Source: Hormiphora californensis (lineage: Eukaryota > Animalia > Ctenophora). From it: a stretch of 64,000 bases of DNA. The position numbers and the translations under genes were made by a program. Under the pieces are notes generated by a model. It searched no databases. It saw only the letters and a program-made list of their open reading frames with translations, and had not been told where the DNA came from. The number at the start of each line of letters is the position of its first letter. Position 1 is the first letter of the stretch. Shown here one piece after another: positions 44,876-57,817 of the stretch. The stretch covers positions 3,286,001 to 3,350,000 of the forward strand of contig CM035362.1 in the NCBI GenBank assembly GCA_020137815.1, in the 5' to 3' direction.

Positions 44876-47800
44876 GAGAAAGGGAGAGAGAGAGAGAGAA
44901 AAGAGAAGAAAAAGAAGGACGGAGAGAGAGAGAGATAGACATAGAGAAGGGAGAAGAAGAAGGGCTTTCTATCTCGCTCGTCTGCCCTACTCAGCTCTCC
45001 GTCCCCTAAACATCCTCTCTCTCTCTCTCCGTCTTCTCTCTCTACTCGCTCCTCTCTCTCTCTCCCTTCTCCTCTTCGTCTCGCTCTCTCTTCTCTCGCT
45101 TTCTCTCTCCTCGCTCGTCTCCTCTATCACTCCTCTCTCTCGCTCTCTCTCTGCTGCTCTCTCTCTCCTTGCGCTGCTATCTCTCGCTCTCTCTCTCTCT
45201 CGTCTCTCTCTCGCTCTCCTCTCTTCCTCTCTCTCTCCTCTCTCGCTCTCTCTCTCTCTCCTCTCTCCGCTCTCTCTCTCTCTTCTCTCTCTTCGCTCAT
45301 CTCTCTCTCGCTCTCTCTAGGCTCTCTCTGCTCTCCTCTCCTCGTCGATCTCTTCTCGCTCTCTCTCTCTCCTCTCGCGTCCCTTCTTCTCTGCTCTTCA
45401 TCTGTCATCAGCATCTGTCTTCTCTCCCTAGCGCCTCTGCTCTGCTCTCTTGTCGCTCTCCTTCTCCCTCTCTCTCCTCTCCCTCTCTTTCTCGATCGTC
45501 AGAGAAAGAGAGGCATTAGAAAGGTGAAGGCTTGGACTTCTTTGTACTGAATCTGCAGGGGATTTCAAATAGAGTTAGATCCCGATTTACCGGGATATAC
45601 TCGGGGGAAAGGGTTTTGTAGGGTGAATATCTGGGTGCCCGATAAATTGGAGTTCCGGGATTTCGGGGTTCCGGTAAATCGAGGTCCTGCACTTACCTTG
45701 ACGCGGTACTTGAAGGCAGCTAGAGTGGATATGGACAACATGGGTGTGTAGGAGATCAGAATAGTGGTGCCAATTACAATTAGTAAAGTTCCAGCTTGCT
45801 TTCGAAGTTTCCTCGCTGCCGCCTCCTCTTCCGACTGCGAAGGGTAGATAATTCAAAGCAGGGGGTTTAGATGCATCTAGATGTCATCAAACTAGGCGGG
45901 CCTGACCCCGACTCGCAAGAGCACTCAGATCAAGGCTGCCGGACAGATTTCACAATTTTAATTGTCTAATGTCTAGGTAGTTACCATGTATGATCGAGTC
46001 CTAATAACGGGCTGTTTCTTCGTTCCACAAAGAGCCTCTTTAACGTGATCAAAACTGTACCACAACACCTGCAGAGTGAGATCGTAAATCGTAATTACTT
46101 TTTTATACAACGAAATAATAATGCTGTATGTATTTAGGAAACAACACATGTTTCATGGAATCCCTGATGACGGGAAACCAATCATCAATTAATTTTTATA
46201 AACTAGTAAGGTCGTTAAATTTAGTGGAGCTACTTTTAGTGGGTGATTGTGAGACTTGTACATTGTAAGTAACAATTACCTTTTTGTAAAAAGGAGGCTG
46301 GTCAATAGTGGTGGTAAGCTGGGGGTTCCAGCTTGTGTGTTTCTTCAGCTTATCAAATGTACTTGTACCATCACAAAATGTACTGGGTGTGTACTCTGTA
46401 CTTGGCGTGGACCTAATTTGAGAAGGAGACATAAACTATGTACCGAATTAATATGTCTGGCGGCGCTGCATGTACCCATTTAACATTTGTGTAGTGCGCT
46501 CAGATCTGGTCAGAGTATGGCCAGACAGCTGAATTCAAAGATGATGGCCTGTGTCAAACGACATTTTTGGTAATTTAGTAACCATGGTTACCAATAGTTA
46601 CCTTGTCCCTGGGCTCTCAGCAGCAGTTCCTTTTTGTACCGTGTTCATGGAACAGCTCTGGTCCAGTGCCTCTGTTATACAGGTCGTGTCCTGGTCACAC
46701 CCTGCGTCGCCTGAAGGAAAACAGAATACAGGAACCGACCGAATCAGGAAATACTGGTCCCTGATTGGCTGATAACCAGTCACGTGACCTAAATAATGAG
46801 TTCTGATTGGTTGTTTACTTGTGTCGGTCGGTTCCTGACAGAATACATATTGATCCGATTTGATTTTATAAGAGCGGTTACCATGAGCGTGAACCCTTTT
46901 TGGAATCAGCTACGCACAAAGGCCAGGTTTGTTTTGCCTAGCTAGACACCCTTTCATAGTCTCTCCCACTAATTGATCAGTTAATTACTAATTAACTGAT
47001 CAATTAGTGGCAATTAATATTTTACTAATTATACCTCCGCTCCACATGCCCACAGAGCTGATCCTATCCAGTTGTCGTCGAGTGTACCCTTTAGTTGTCA
47101 CAAAGATAACTGCAGAGAAGGGTATATACAAGTTAGGGGGGTGTAGGTTTGCCTTGTTCGACCCTCCCTCCCCGCGCCCCGCAACAAACAACAAACAAAA
47201 CAAGTGTAGGTATCCACATCAGGGGTTACAAAATACTTTAGGGCCGCCAATTATACATCCGGAGATAATACCGATAGAAAACTCACCAACGTAGCTTGTT
47301 AGAATAATAACAAGGGGCAGGGGAAGAAAGCCAAGGAAGAATACCAGGAAGTAAGTTAGCCGTGTTTTTGGGGTTATAGCACACCTAAAACAGAAAATAG
47401 AATTGGTGAAATATATCGATACAATTGCAGCCCCTAAAGGTCCCCCCAAACTACTATGTCCCTTGCTGCGCGCGACCGGATTTTAGACGGCCATAGCTCC
47501 ACCCCCTGATAAGATAGAGACTTGAAATTTGTTTTGTGAGGAGATCATGTCGAGTTCTTCCTACAAAACAAATTTCAAGTCTCTATCTCATCAGGGAGTG
47601 GAGTTATGACCGTGGGAAATTTTACAAAACCCGAGTGAGGGACATAGTAGTTTGGGGTGTACTTTAGCAAGGGATCATTTCATTCTATGAAACACCTAGC
47701 TGTAAATTATTCCCTCGCGTATTTAATACTCAGTACTATCTAACTACTTATATTACCATGGGTGTGCGGGTGAGTAGCTGTAGTATCCGATAGAACCAAT

Positions 47801-48843
47801 ATGAAGGAGAGGTGGTGCGGAGAGTAGAGAAGCATAGCACCAAGTTCCAATAATCAAAGTTAGCAATCGTTTCTTAGTCATAATCGACCTGTTAACATAT
47901 GTTCATTACTTAGCTTCATTCGGATTATCTTTCGAATTTTGGTTATCACCATCTCCAAACGTTTATCCCGGCCCATGGGATCCCAGACTTTTTTGAATCG
48001 CTTGACACTGCGGACTCCGCACTAAACATAGTACATATAATTCAAAGACATTGATCCCAAAAATATACCTATGTTTAAATGGGAAATTGATCTCAAAAAT
48101 ATACCTGTGTTTAAATGGGACCCTAATGGCAAAGCACCGGTCAATGCTTCCGAGGGCCACTGTCCACAGACTGTTGACAAGGGCGACATTATTCAGGAAA
48201 CCAGTCAACTGACAGAGGAAGGAACCAAATACCCACCTGTTTTCTAACTCCGTTACTATACCCAGACCCATCATCTGCAAGATTAGGGTATTAATTACTG
48301 TTAATTAGCATTAATTAGCATTGATTAGTATTAATTAGCACATGTTAATTACACTTACCAGGCCGATCCAAAGATCAGAAACTGCCAGAGAGATCAAGTA
48401 CGCTACGATATTCTGTTTTAGTTTTCGTCTAAACTTCAGGAAACAGAATATAGCCAGAATATTTCCTGAAATCATATAGATCAGGAACCGACCGAAACAA
48501 GTAAACAACCAATCAGAGCTCGTTATTTAGGTCACGTGACTGGTTATCAGCCAATCAGGGACCAGTGTTTCCTGATTCGGTCGGTTCCTGATATAGATAT
48601 CATGAGCTATAACAACAATTCGACCAACGGCTCTTATAGGTTCATCAATAGGCGAACTTCAAACCAAAAGAGAATCAAGGTATAATTGTATAGTTGCTCA
48701 CCTAAAATAGCTAGTACTGAGATGGAGCCCATAATGGATATTATTGCCCACTCGGGAAGGGCTGGGGGAGGGCCACGACGCCGGGGTGGTCCACAGTAAC
48801 TGGTACCATTGGGACATGGCAAGGAGCTGTTCAACGAGGCCAT
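44042..48843 (-). CDS. Rhodopsin-class (family A) orphan GPCR with long ICL3 and C-tail
   Basis: Spliced motifs LGNIL (TM1), LAVSD (TM2), WVFGSFLC, SIDRC, TM4 W..P, FLPLP (TM5), SYTP (TM6), NAAINPLVY..NKEFR (TM7/H8). One extra base at 46526-7. Last exon unresolved. Confidence 0.9.
47435..47666. mobile_element. MITE with TIR TAAAG..CCCCAAACTACTATGTCCC and an internal hairpin
   Basis: Inverted termini bounded by TA; internal GATAGAGACTTGAAATTT...AAATTTCAAGTCTCTATC. Confidence 0.8.
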
Positions 48844-51482
48844 CCTGCTGCAGACTTTCTAATTGTTCTGGAGAAATTGAAAAGATATATGTTTGTGGAA
48901 AGTGGAAAGATCTTTTTAATTTAATAGTATTAAACAAATGCAAAGACGATATTGATCAAGATTGTATTCAAGTCGTAGGAAACTACATTGTATGTACTAT
49001 CAAAAGCTTAAAAAATATACTTTAGAAAACAATGTGTCTTTGCAAATATATTTGTCATCTATGCGTAGCAAGGGTGAAATAGCGGCTTGTATTATATATT
49101 ATTATTGACAAAAAAGCGAGTAGAGACGCCGGAACCTTTTGACTTTGTCAGTTTTTAACACAGTGTCTTAACCTACAAAGCCTCTGTCATCAGCTGCTGG
49201 ACAGTGCAGAGTTTACTGCAGCAGTCTAGCCTTGTTGAGCCTTTACACGCTTCTTGACTCTGTCAACAAACAGCTCTGTCAACGTATCGAAGCTGCTGTG
49301 AAAATGATAGAAATCCTGTCAACTATTATAACAGTGTGTTATTATATACGGCTATCGAGTATCACAACCAAACATGGCGGCGGCTGGTGAAGTTTTAAAA
49401 AAGGAGGAAGAGAGAGTGAGAGAGTGAGAGAGAGAGAGAGAGAGAGTGACTAGTGAGTGAGAGAGTGAGAGATCAGAGACAGAAAATAGAGAGAGAGTAG
49501 GGATCTGGTGAGAAGAATTCGACTTGAGGCCGTGTGTCATTTGTGTTGACTTGTGGAAAAATCACGTGAGTTCACCGACATTCAAGGTGGTGAAAGAAAC
49601 AAATGGAAAGAGCAAAAAAGAAAGAAAGGGAGAGATAGAAGGGGGAGGAATAAATTTGGTCAAAAACTCAAAAAGGGGATGATTTTATTTAAGAGACCTG
49701 AGACCTGTTGTCTGCGATAAGGGATTGATTAATTAGAATTGAATCAACATGAAAGCAGCTGTAGGATGACAAACGTCAAACAAATATATCCGAATAATTC
49801 GTAATATAGTGGCTTGGGCTTTCTCAACTTCTTCGAATAAAGGGAAATTTTTGGGAAAACAGAGGGAAAATAATAAACTTATTCGGCTTGATTAATCTCA
49901 ATGGAGGCCGTTGCCGACAAAAGAAATTACAATGTCGAGGGGGCGTCAGGCTGTCGTACATGGTACAATAAAGCACAGCAGGAACCGACCGAATCAGGAA
50001 ATACTGGTCCCTGATTGGCTGATAACCAGTCACGTGACCTAAACAACGAGTTCTGATTGGTTGTTTACTTGTTTCGGTCGGTTCCTGAAGCACCGAATGC
50101 TTTATGAACACACGTGCACATGATTCGTCGATTATTTTATTTACATCATCGAGAAAATATCAATCTTATCTATTGTTAAAGTATATCGAATAAAAACTCT
50201 CAAAATTTGTTTGAGATAAGTTAACGAAAGAAAACCTGCAGACCAATACAATTTCAGGTGCGGGATCTGAGCAACACAGAATTGCTAGTAAATTGCCAAT
50301 TGATAGAATTGCAACAATACTTGAAGTTTCAATCTGAAAGAGAGAAACTATATTGAAAAACACCCACATTTCCAAGAATTTCTCTCAGCAGAACTCGAAG
50401 CATTCTCCTGTGGGAGCTCAACCAAGGCAACTCTCTCTCACTCTAGTTAAACTAACAATCTCTCCTCCTCTCTCACTCTAGTTAAACTAACAATCTCTCC
50501 CCCTCTCTCTTCTTCTCCAGCTCTGTTAGTGTTGCGGGTGGCCAATTGACACCCAATTTGTTGCAGTGAGTTGAGAGAATAAAGGAGGCTCCTCCCCCTC
50601 CTTGGGTCAATTGCATTAAGTTGTTACTTCGCAATTGTAACGAAATGTTGAAAATTATAGAGACTTGCTCTCTGTTCCGTATTGTTAATGTTCTTTAATT
50701 GGGTGCGATCAATTAGTGTTTCGTATCAACTTGTTTAACTTTACCGATATAGAATATAGCTCTTTTCACACTATATATTGGCCAAGGAAAAGGCATTCTA
50801 TTCAAGTTTTACCGTCCAAGCTGTTTTATCAAAACCTGCACGTGCAAATATATTATATCGACATGTCCCACAAAGGAGAATTACACCGATGCACGTGCAG
50901 TAGCCGCAACAAGAATAGAAAGATCCGTGAGGTGTGTGTGTCAATAGCTTTCACGTGACATGTACTTTGTAAGTTTCTGCGCGTACTTGCTCCCAACAAG
51001 GTATGTGTGACAAGATGAAAGTGATTAGAGGAGCCTAGGAGGAGGTGTAGATGAGAAGCTGTCCGCGCCAACTGTCGAAAGAGATGAAGAGCTTCCGGAG
51101 AAAAGCAATTAAATTTAAGATTTTTAAGGGTTTCACCCAAGTAGCAGACGCCAACCATTCTGACAACTTTCGATCCACAGTAACAGTATTATGATTAGGA
51201 ATCGTGAAACGTGCCATCATCAAGTAAAGGTGTCAATCGGCATGTTCACAATTATCAAACCTCATAAAGCACACAATTTGTGTATGAATATATGTTTCTA
51301 AATACCACGTTTCAAGATCGTGACGATTGTCAGTTGACTGACGAGCAATGACGCAAGTCGCGATCACAGTCGCCTTGAGTTTCTCACCTTTATAATAACC
51401 CTCTGGAAGAAGAATTGTGACGAAGCTGACGTTGTTATGTTCTTGTTAATAACCTTCCTTTACACGGAAAGAGGGTCGAACT

Positions 51483-51546
51483 TTGGTGACATAGACACCG
51501 TGCGCGACCAAGATTGAGCTCACACCAGGTGTTTATATGTCACCAA
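51483..51546. mobile_element. 64-bp MITE with 9-bp TSD GGTCGAACT (Mutator-like)
   Basis: TTGGTGACATA...TATGTCACCAA flanked by GGTCGAACT at 51474-51482 and 51547-51555. Confidence 0.75.
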
Positions 51547-51858
51547 GGTCGAACTAAGACTGGCGATTGTCTGGTAACTCTCAGCAAACTGAATCTCTCA
51601 GTAAGTTGTTAGGTTTCTGCCAAGAACCCCAATTGCTCGGCGATATGTGGAATCTCATTGTGCGAATAGTAGTAAATTAGTGTGGCATTCTGACTACAAT
51701 TAGAGAAAAAGAAACTGTAATAAGTAATTCGTATGCTCGTGTCAAGAAGAAATTATGATAGGAACCTGAAGAAACTTTTCAGGCTCGGAATTAGGAACTG
51801 GCAGCTGCAATTAGAGGGAACTGCACATCTCTGAAAGTTTCTGAAACAATTGTGGAGT

Positions 51859-52073
51859 GTGGAGGGTGGAGGGTGGAGGGTGGAGGGTGGAGGGTGGAGG
51901 GTGGAGGGTGGAGGGTGGAGGGTGGAGGGTGGAGGGTGGAGGGTGGAGGGTGGAGGGTGGAGGGTGGAGGGTGGAGGGTGGAGGGTGGAGGGTGGAGGGT
52001 GGAGGGTGGAGGGTGGAGGGTGGAGGGTGGAGGGTGGAGGGTGGAGGGTGGAGGGTGGAGGGTGGAGGGTGGA
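51859..52073. repeat. (GGAGGGT)n heptamer array x~30
   Basis: Directly visible perfect array. Confidence 0.95.
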
Positions 52074-55000
52074 TGGGATGTAACTCTTAAAATAAGGATA
52101 AAATTGTAACTTTTCAATTACAAAATTAACATTTCTTCACACTATGGAGGTGCTAATTGAAGCGTTTATAACCGCCCGGGTACTGTACTAAACACTTGTA
52201 CAAAAATTTAAAACTTCCATATAAGGTTCTTGCAGTATAGGCACTGGCCTTTCGAAAACTTTTAGTACATTGTTTTTTACCAAAGCACTTTATTTCAAGG
52301 CCCACAGTATATCAAGATCCATCCATCATTATGAGCTTTTTACTGTTAATTAATGTATGAAAATATGTGGTTAACACCGTTACATCTTTCAATAAAAGGT
52401 ACATCACAATATGAAAGCGTATGAATACAAGGAGCAACACATCTCTCAGGCGCCACTAGCTGAGAGAAGAACAAATTCGGTCCGTCAGATTTTAATAAAT
52501 TAGTTCAATTAAGAGCTCACCGGCCGAGCTGTGTATCAAAGTATAACAGGTTGAGTGTTATACATGAAATATGCACATGGTGGGGGAATTCTTAACATTT
52601 TCAAAAAATACCGTAAAAAGAGATCAAAACACTCTAAACAGTGTTTAGTAAACACTCTAAATGAACCCCTTATTATGAAGGATACTCGACCAAACGTGCA
52701 AAGCACAGTGTCCTCGAAAGCGTCTGCCCATTCGTTGATTTAGTACCATTATTATATGATCGATATATGTTTATTTTGTTAATCGACCGGTCGCGACCTA
52801 GCGTAGCTGCAGTGCAGCAGATATGTCTATTTAGATGCAAACTGCACGGCTCGTCTAGTTCCATGGCTGCTGAATCTATAGTCTGTGAAACTGCAAATCA
52901 TCTCTATCTAGACGAAAACAGGACACACAAACCTAATTTCATCCAAAGTTCGATATATCAAGATACGGTCAAGCGCCAAACGGACACGATTTAATGCGCA
53001 TCGAGTTGACATATAACTCGATATGGAAACTAATAATATTGTTGGGCTGACTAGACGGAACCTTCCAGAATTATATGTGTTGGATTAATATGCAAGCACC
53101 ACGCTTTCTAGCTCGCGACCTTTCAGCAGTGCAAAACTCCCTAATCGTATATGGGGGAGAGGGGAGGGAGGGGGGAGGAGAAAAGAGTCAGGGAGAAGAA
53201 AAGGCAGAGAGAGAGAGAGAGAAGCAAGGTGAGAGAGGGGGGAAAGAGAGAGAGGAGAGGGGAAAGGGAAGAGAAGGGGAAAAGAGAGAGAGGAGAGGAG
53301 AAGAGAGAAGAGAGAGGAGAGAGAAGAGGAAGAAGGAGAGAGGAGAAGAAGGAGGAGAGAGGGGGAGGATAGAGGAAGAAGAGGGGAAGAAAGAAAGAGG
53401 AGAAGAGAGGGGAGAAGAGGGACGAGAGAGAGAGGATGCTAGAGAAGAGAGGAGAGGAGAGAGAGGAGAGAGAGAAGCGAAAAAACGGAGATAAAAGGGA
53501 AATGTAGTAATTTCCAGGTGCGAGAGAGGAGAAGGAGGCGAGCGACGCAGAAAAAGTACAGAAGAGGCCCCCCAAGACCCCAACTAAACAAACCTAAAAC
53601 AATGAGAAGGGGAAAAAAATAGAACCGTACATGACAACAAACTAGTACCATGAGAGATACGGACTGCCATAAAGAAGCTTCTAAAGAAATTATATTTGAA
53701 GCGAAACGCCGAAACGATTAAGGACAAGTTCCAAATTAAAAGGAACATTAAACCTTATTAACCACCCATCCCAAAATAGTAATGAAACCGAAACAAAAGC
53801 TGACGCCTCGATTCATTGATTTCACTATAAGACATCGAAAACTTCCCTTTTTTTCCTTAGATATCCAAACCAACTGGAGATCAAGCTAAAAAAATGACTG
53901 TACTGTCTTGCAATGTGCAGGAGTGGCCGCCGCGGCCAATATCAGTCTCATGAAAATCAGACACCATGAATTTCATGAAAATCAGACACCATGAAACGTG
54001 CAAAAACCTATACGTACGCGTAGTGTGAAAAGGTTGTTGCTAGATACATATAGTAGATAAGACGCACAAACTGTTGTCAGAAAATGGCGGAAAACAATCA
54101 GAGCTATGTGCCTCATGCCCTATTTGCTGCAGCTACCTACTGCTATCAGTAAAGTGAAACATTGTTACTTATATACGGCAATTGATAAGCGATGATCCCT
54201 CCCCCGCGGCTCGATTCCTGACCGCTCCCCCGCAGAGAATTTGATTTGTCCCCGCTACGATACTTAATCAGCCCGCCCTATATCTATATCTCTCTCCAAA
54301 GAATAGCATATCACTCACATAAAGAAGTACTTGGAACATTGAGAAGCTATAGCTCGTTTGAGGAAAGGATGACTGCCGCAAACTTCAAAATTAAATCAAC
54401 CGTAACCGCAACAAGTATAATCTAGGTCTTTGTAGAATATGATCCTACAAAAACAACAGGATATTGTTACCATGGAAACAATTCTAGTTTTAAGGAAAAA
54501 CAATGCTATTCAAGGATTCGATCTTCATGACACCTTGCAGTAGTAGACTGCTGTGAAATATCTTTCCGGCGGCACCGACTCAATTAACTGAGTGAATGGG
54601 GGAAGGCGGCGAATGACAGAAAAACATTAGATTTGTTTATTGTTTAGTGTAAGACGTGTTTCAAGCGCTGCTGGACAGATCAAAGAGAGTCCAGTGGACC
54701 GTGAAAAGAGCGTGGGGAGGTTTGTTGAATTGAGTATTAGGGGAGGCGTGTGGGAGGGAAGTGTTGATGAATTGTAAATTTATCATACGAGATGTATACT
54801 GCTGCAGCTGGGGATATACTTCTGTAGGTACGTCACTGTCAGAGCATTGGCCTGACAGTGACGTCATGCAAGGACAATGAAAAACAGACAAATCGAAAGA
54901 TACAGAAGCTTACAAAATACAAATACATCATTTGACCGCGTGTATTCACCCATTGCAATGTACGTCGTCAGCTTGATATTAGGTATGTCAAGCTGCTCTG

Positions 55001-55397
55001 CTCCATATAAAACAGACAACATTCAGCTGTCAGGCCAATGCCCTGACCACAGTTCTCACGCGCTCCGAGAGAAACGAGAATGGGTCAGGCCAATGCTCTG
55101 ACAGACATTCAGCAGCTTGTACTAGTAAAAACAAACAAGATGTGGCGCTCTTCACAATACATCCTCTAGCTGTCACGATCAGGACTCTCCTGTAAGCAGT
55201 GGTTTGTAGTATACAAAGCAAACACAACACATGTGTGAGTTGGTATAAAAGCGGGGTGCGGTGAAACAGGGTCGAGCAAGGCAAATAAAAGCTTAAAGCA
55301 GCTAAATAACAATGTGTGGGATGGATTTGTTGAGTACAAAAGAGTGTCCGACTGAACACGACATCTCAACGAAGCTTTGGATTCGTCTTGAATAGCT

Positions 55398-55524
55398 GGC
55401 TCAGAAAAGCTGGAGGGCTCAGAAAAGCTGGAGGGCTCAGAAAAGCTGGAGGGCTCAGAAAAGCTGGAGGGCTCAGAAAAGCTGGAGGGCTCAGAAAAGC
55501 TGGAGGGCTCAGAAAAGCTGGAGG
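55398..55524. repeat. 18-bp minisatellite (GCTCAGAAAAGCTGGAGG) x7
   Basis: Directly visible. Confidence 0.95.
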
Positions 55525-56922
55525 TTGGGCTGGGGGTTTCCATTTTCCAGATAATAGCTGTCAGTTTGGCAAACGCTGCTGGCCCCCGATTATAGGGATA
55601 AGGCAGCGCTTTTCAAGCTGTCAGTCAGAAACTAGAATATATTGAGTATAAAACAAAGTTGGCTGTACTTGGGTTGGGCAAGTGAATTACTGCATTAGAA
55701 TTGACACCGGCTTCGGGTGCATAAATAGAACGAGATAAAAGAAAAGCTCAAAGAATATTCTCACGGTGCTCAAACTAGAGATAAGATTAAGAGAGAGAGA
55801 GAGGTTAGAGTCAAAATCCAGAATACCTAATGCTCGACTGATAAGATAAAAAGGTAATGAAGTAACGAGGATTAAGTGAAGGGTTTAAAAATAAACTGAA
55901 TTGTCCAGACAGCAACCTCCCGTTGTTTAAAGAACGGTACAAACACTGAAGTCATATTAGGACATCTATCCAAATCGGGGTTCTGGTACTGCATCGGAGC
56001 CCGGTAAATTGGGGTCCTAGGATGAGTGATAAAAAATAAGCCGACGGATATCCGGGGGACATTCCAAACCTCTCCCTTCACTGTCTCTCTCTCTCTCATC
56101 TTCCCCAAGCTCACATAACACAGCAAAAATATATCTCTCCATGTACCTCCCCAACAAGCTACATAAATATATTTCTCAGTACCTCCCCTACAATTTAATA
56201 TGAAAATGTCGAACGTTGGGGAATACTAAGTAGCTGTGAAGAATGCCTGGCTTCATAGTTTTTACGGCGACGACACTTGGAATGATGGGATGGGAGGGAA
56301 GGAGGGAGAGGAATGCTTAGAATTAATTAAGAAACCTCACAACATATAATACAAGAAGAATTTACTGAATAAACTATTTTTAATCAATTAATTTTGCTTA
56401 ATCAATGATGTGTAATAGCGAGGAAACGGCAAAATCAGAAAGGCCAGAAAAGAAATTACTAGAAGTAGCCGAATATCGTTATAAAGATTCGGCTACTCCT
56501 AGTAATTACTTTTAGCTCTTGAAAGATCTTGAACAATAATGATAGGGCGTGGCTGCGTGAAGCTGTGTGATACTATCACAGCTTGATGCTGCGGGATTTC
56601 CTACTCTCTATTATAATTCGGAAACAGCTATTGATTGATCTCTCTGCTCAGTGTGTGAGTGCAACACACGTGACATATCGTATCGAGCCTAATTTGGAAA
56701 TTTTGTGCAAAATTGTTGCAGGATCTAGGTCAGGAGGAAGCAATTTCTATTGTGATTAATCATTGGAAGCGTGGGAATTGCAATTGGTCTTTAAGCTTTT
56801 CTTAAAGATGCAAATAGGACAATATTTCAAAAGCAAATATGTGAAAGAGATTTGGGATATTACATTTTTAAATTCTGGTATCTGATTAATTAGCTAATTC
56901 TCGTTGTGTTGGATTCATCTCA

Positions 56923-57817
56923 AGGAGGGATCATGAGGTTCGTTTTGTTCAGGGAGGGATCATGTGGTTCGTTTTGTTCAGGGAGGGATCATGTGGTTCG
57001 TTTTGTTCAGGGAGGGATCATGTGGTTCATTTTGTTCAGGGAGGGATCATGTGGTTCATTTTGTTCAGGGAGGGATCATGTGGTTCGTTTTGTTCAGGGA
57101 GGGATCATGTGGTTCGTTTTGTTCAGGGAGGGATCATGTGGTTCGTTTTGTTCAGGGAGGGATCATGTGGTTCGTTTTGTTCAGGGAGGGATCATGTGGT
57201 TCGTTTTGTTCAGGGAGGGATCATGTGGTTCGTTTTGTTCAGGGAGGGATCATGTGGTTCGTTTTGTTCAGGGAGGGATCATGTGGTTCGTTTTGTTCAG
57301 GGAGGGATCATGTGGTTCGTTTTGTTCAGGGAGGGATCATGTGGTTCGTTTTGTTCAGGGAGGGATCATGTGGTTCGTTTTGTTCAGGGAGGGATCATGT
57401 GGTTCGTTTTGTTCAGGGAGGGATCATGTGGTTCGTTTTGTTCAGGGAGGGATCATGTGGTTCGTTTTGTTCAGGGAGGGATCATGTGGTTCGTTTTGTT
57501 CAGGGAGGGATCATGTGGTTCGTTTTGTTCAGGGAGGGATCATGTGGTTCGTTTTGTTCAGGGAGGGATCATGTGGTTCGTTTTGTTCAGGGAGGGATCA
57601 TGTGGTTCGTTTTGTTCAGGGAGGGATCATGTGGTTCGTTTTGTTCAGGGAGGGATCATGTGGTTCGTTTTGTTCAGGGAGGGATCATGTGGTTCGTTTT
57701 GTTCAGGGAGGATCATGTGGTTCGTTTTGTTCATGGAGGGATCAGGTGGTTCGTTTTGTTCAGGGAGGGATCATGTGGTTCGTTTTGTTCAGGGAGGGAT
57801 CATGTGATTCGTTTTTT
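56923..57817. repeat. 29-bp minisatellite (AGGGAGGGATCATGTGGTTCGTTTTGTTC) x~30
   Basis: Head-to-tail identical units with no spacers; it accounts for the three ~300-aa spurious ORFs. Confidence 0.97.

Noticed and set aside
46163-46180. CTGATGA..GAAAC hammerhead-like words (also minus strand near 23175-23192 and 47570-47595)
   Set aside because: No stem II or stem I pairing can be formed.
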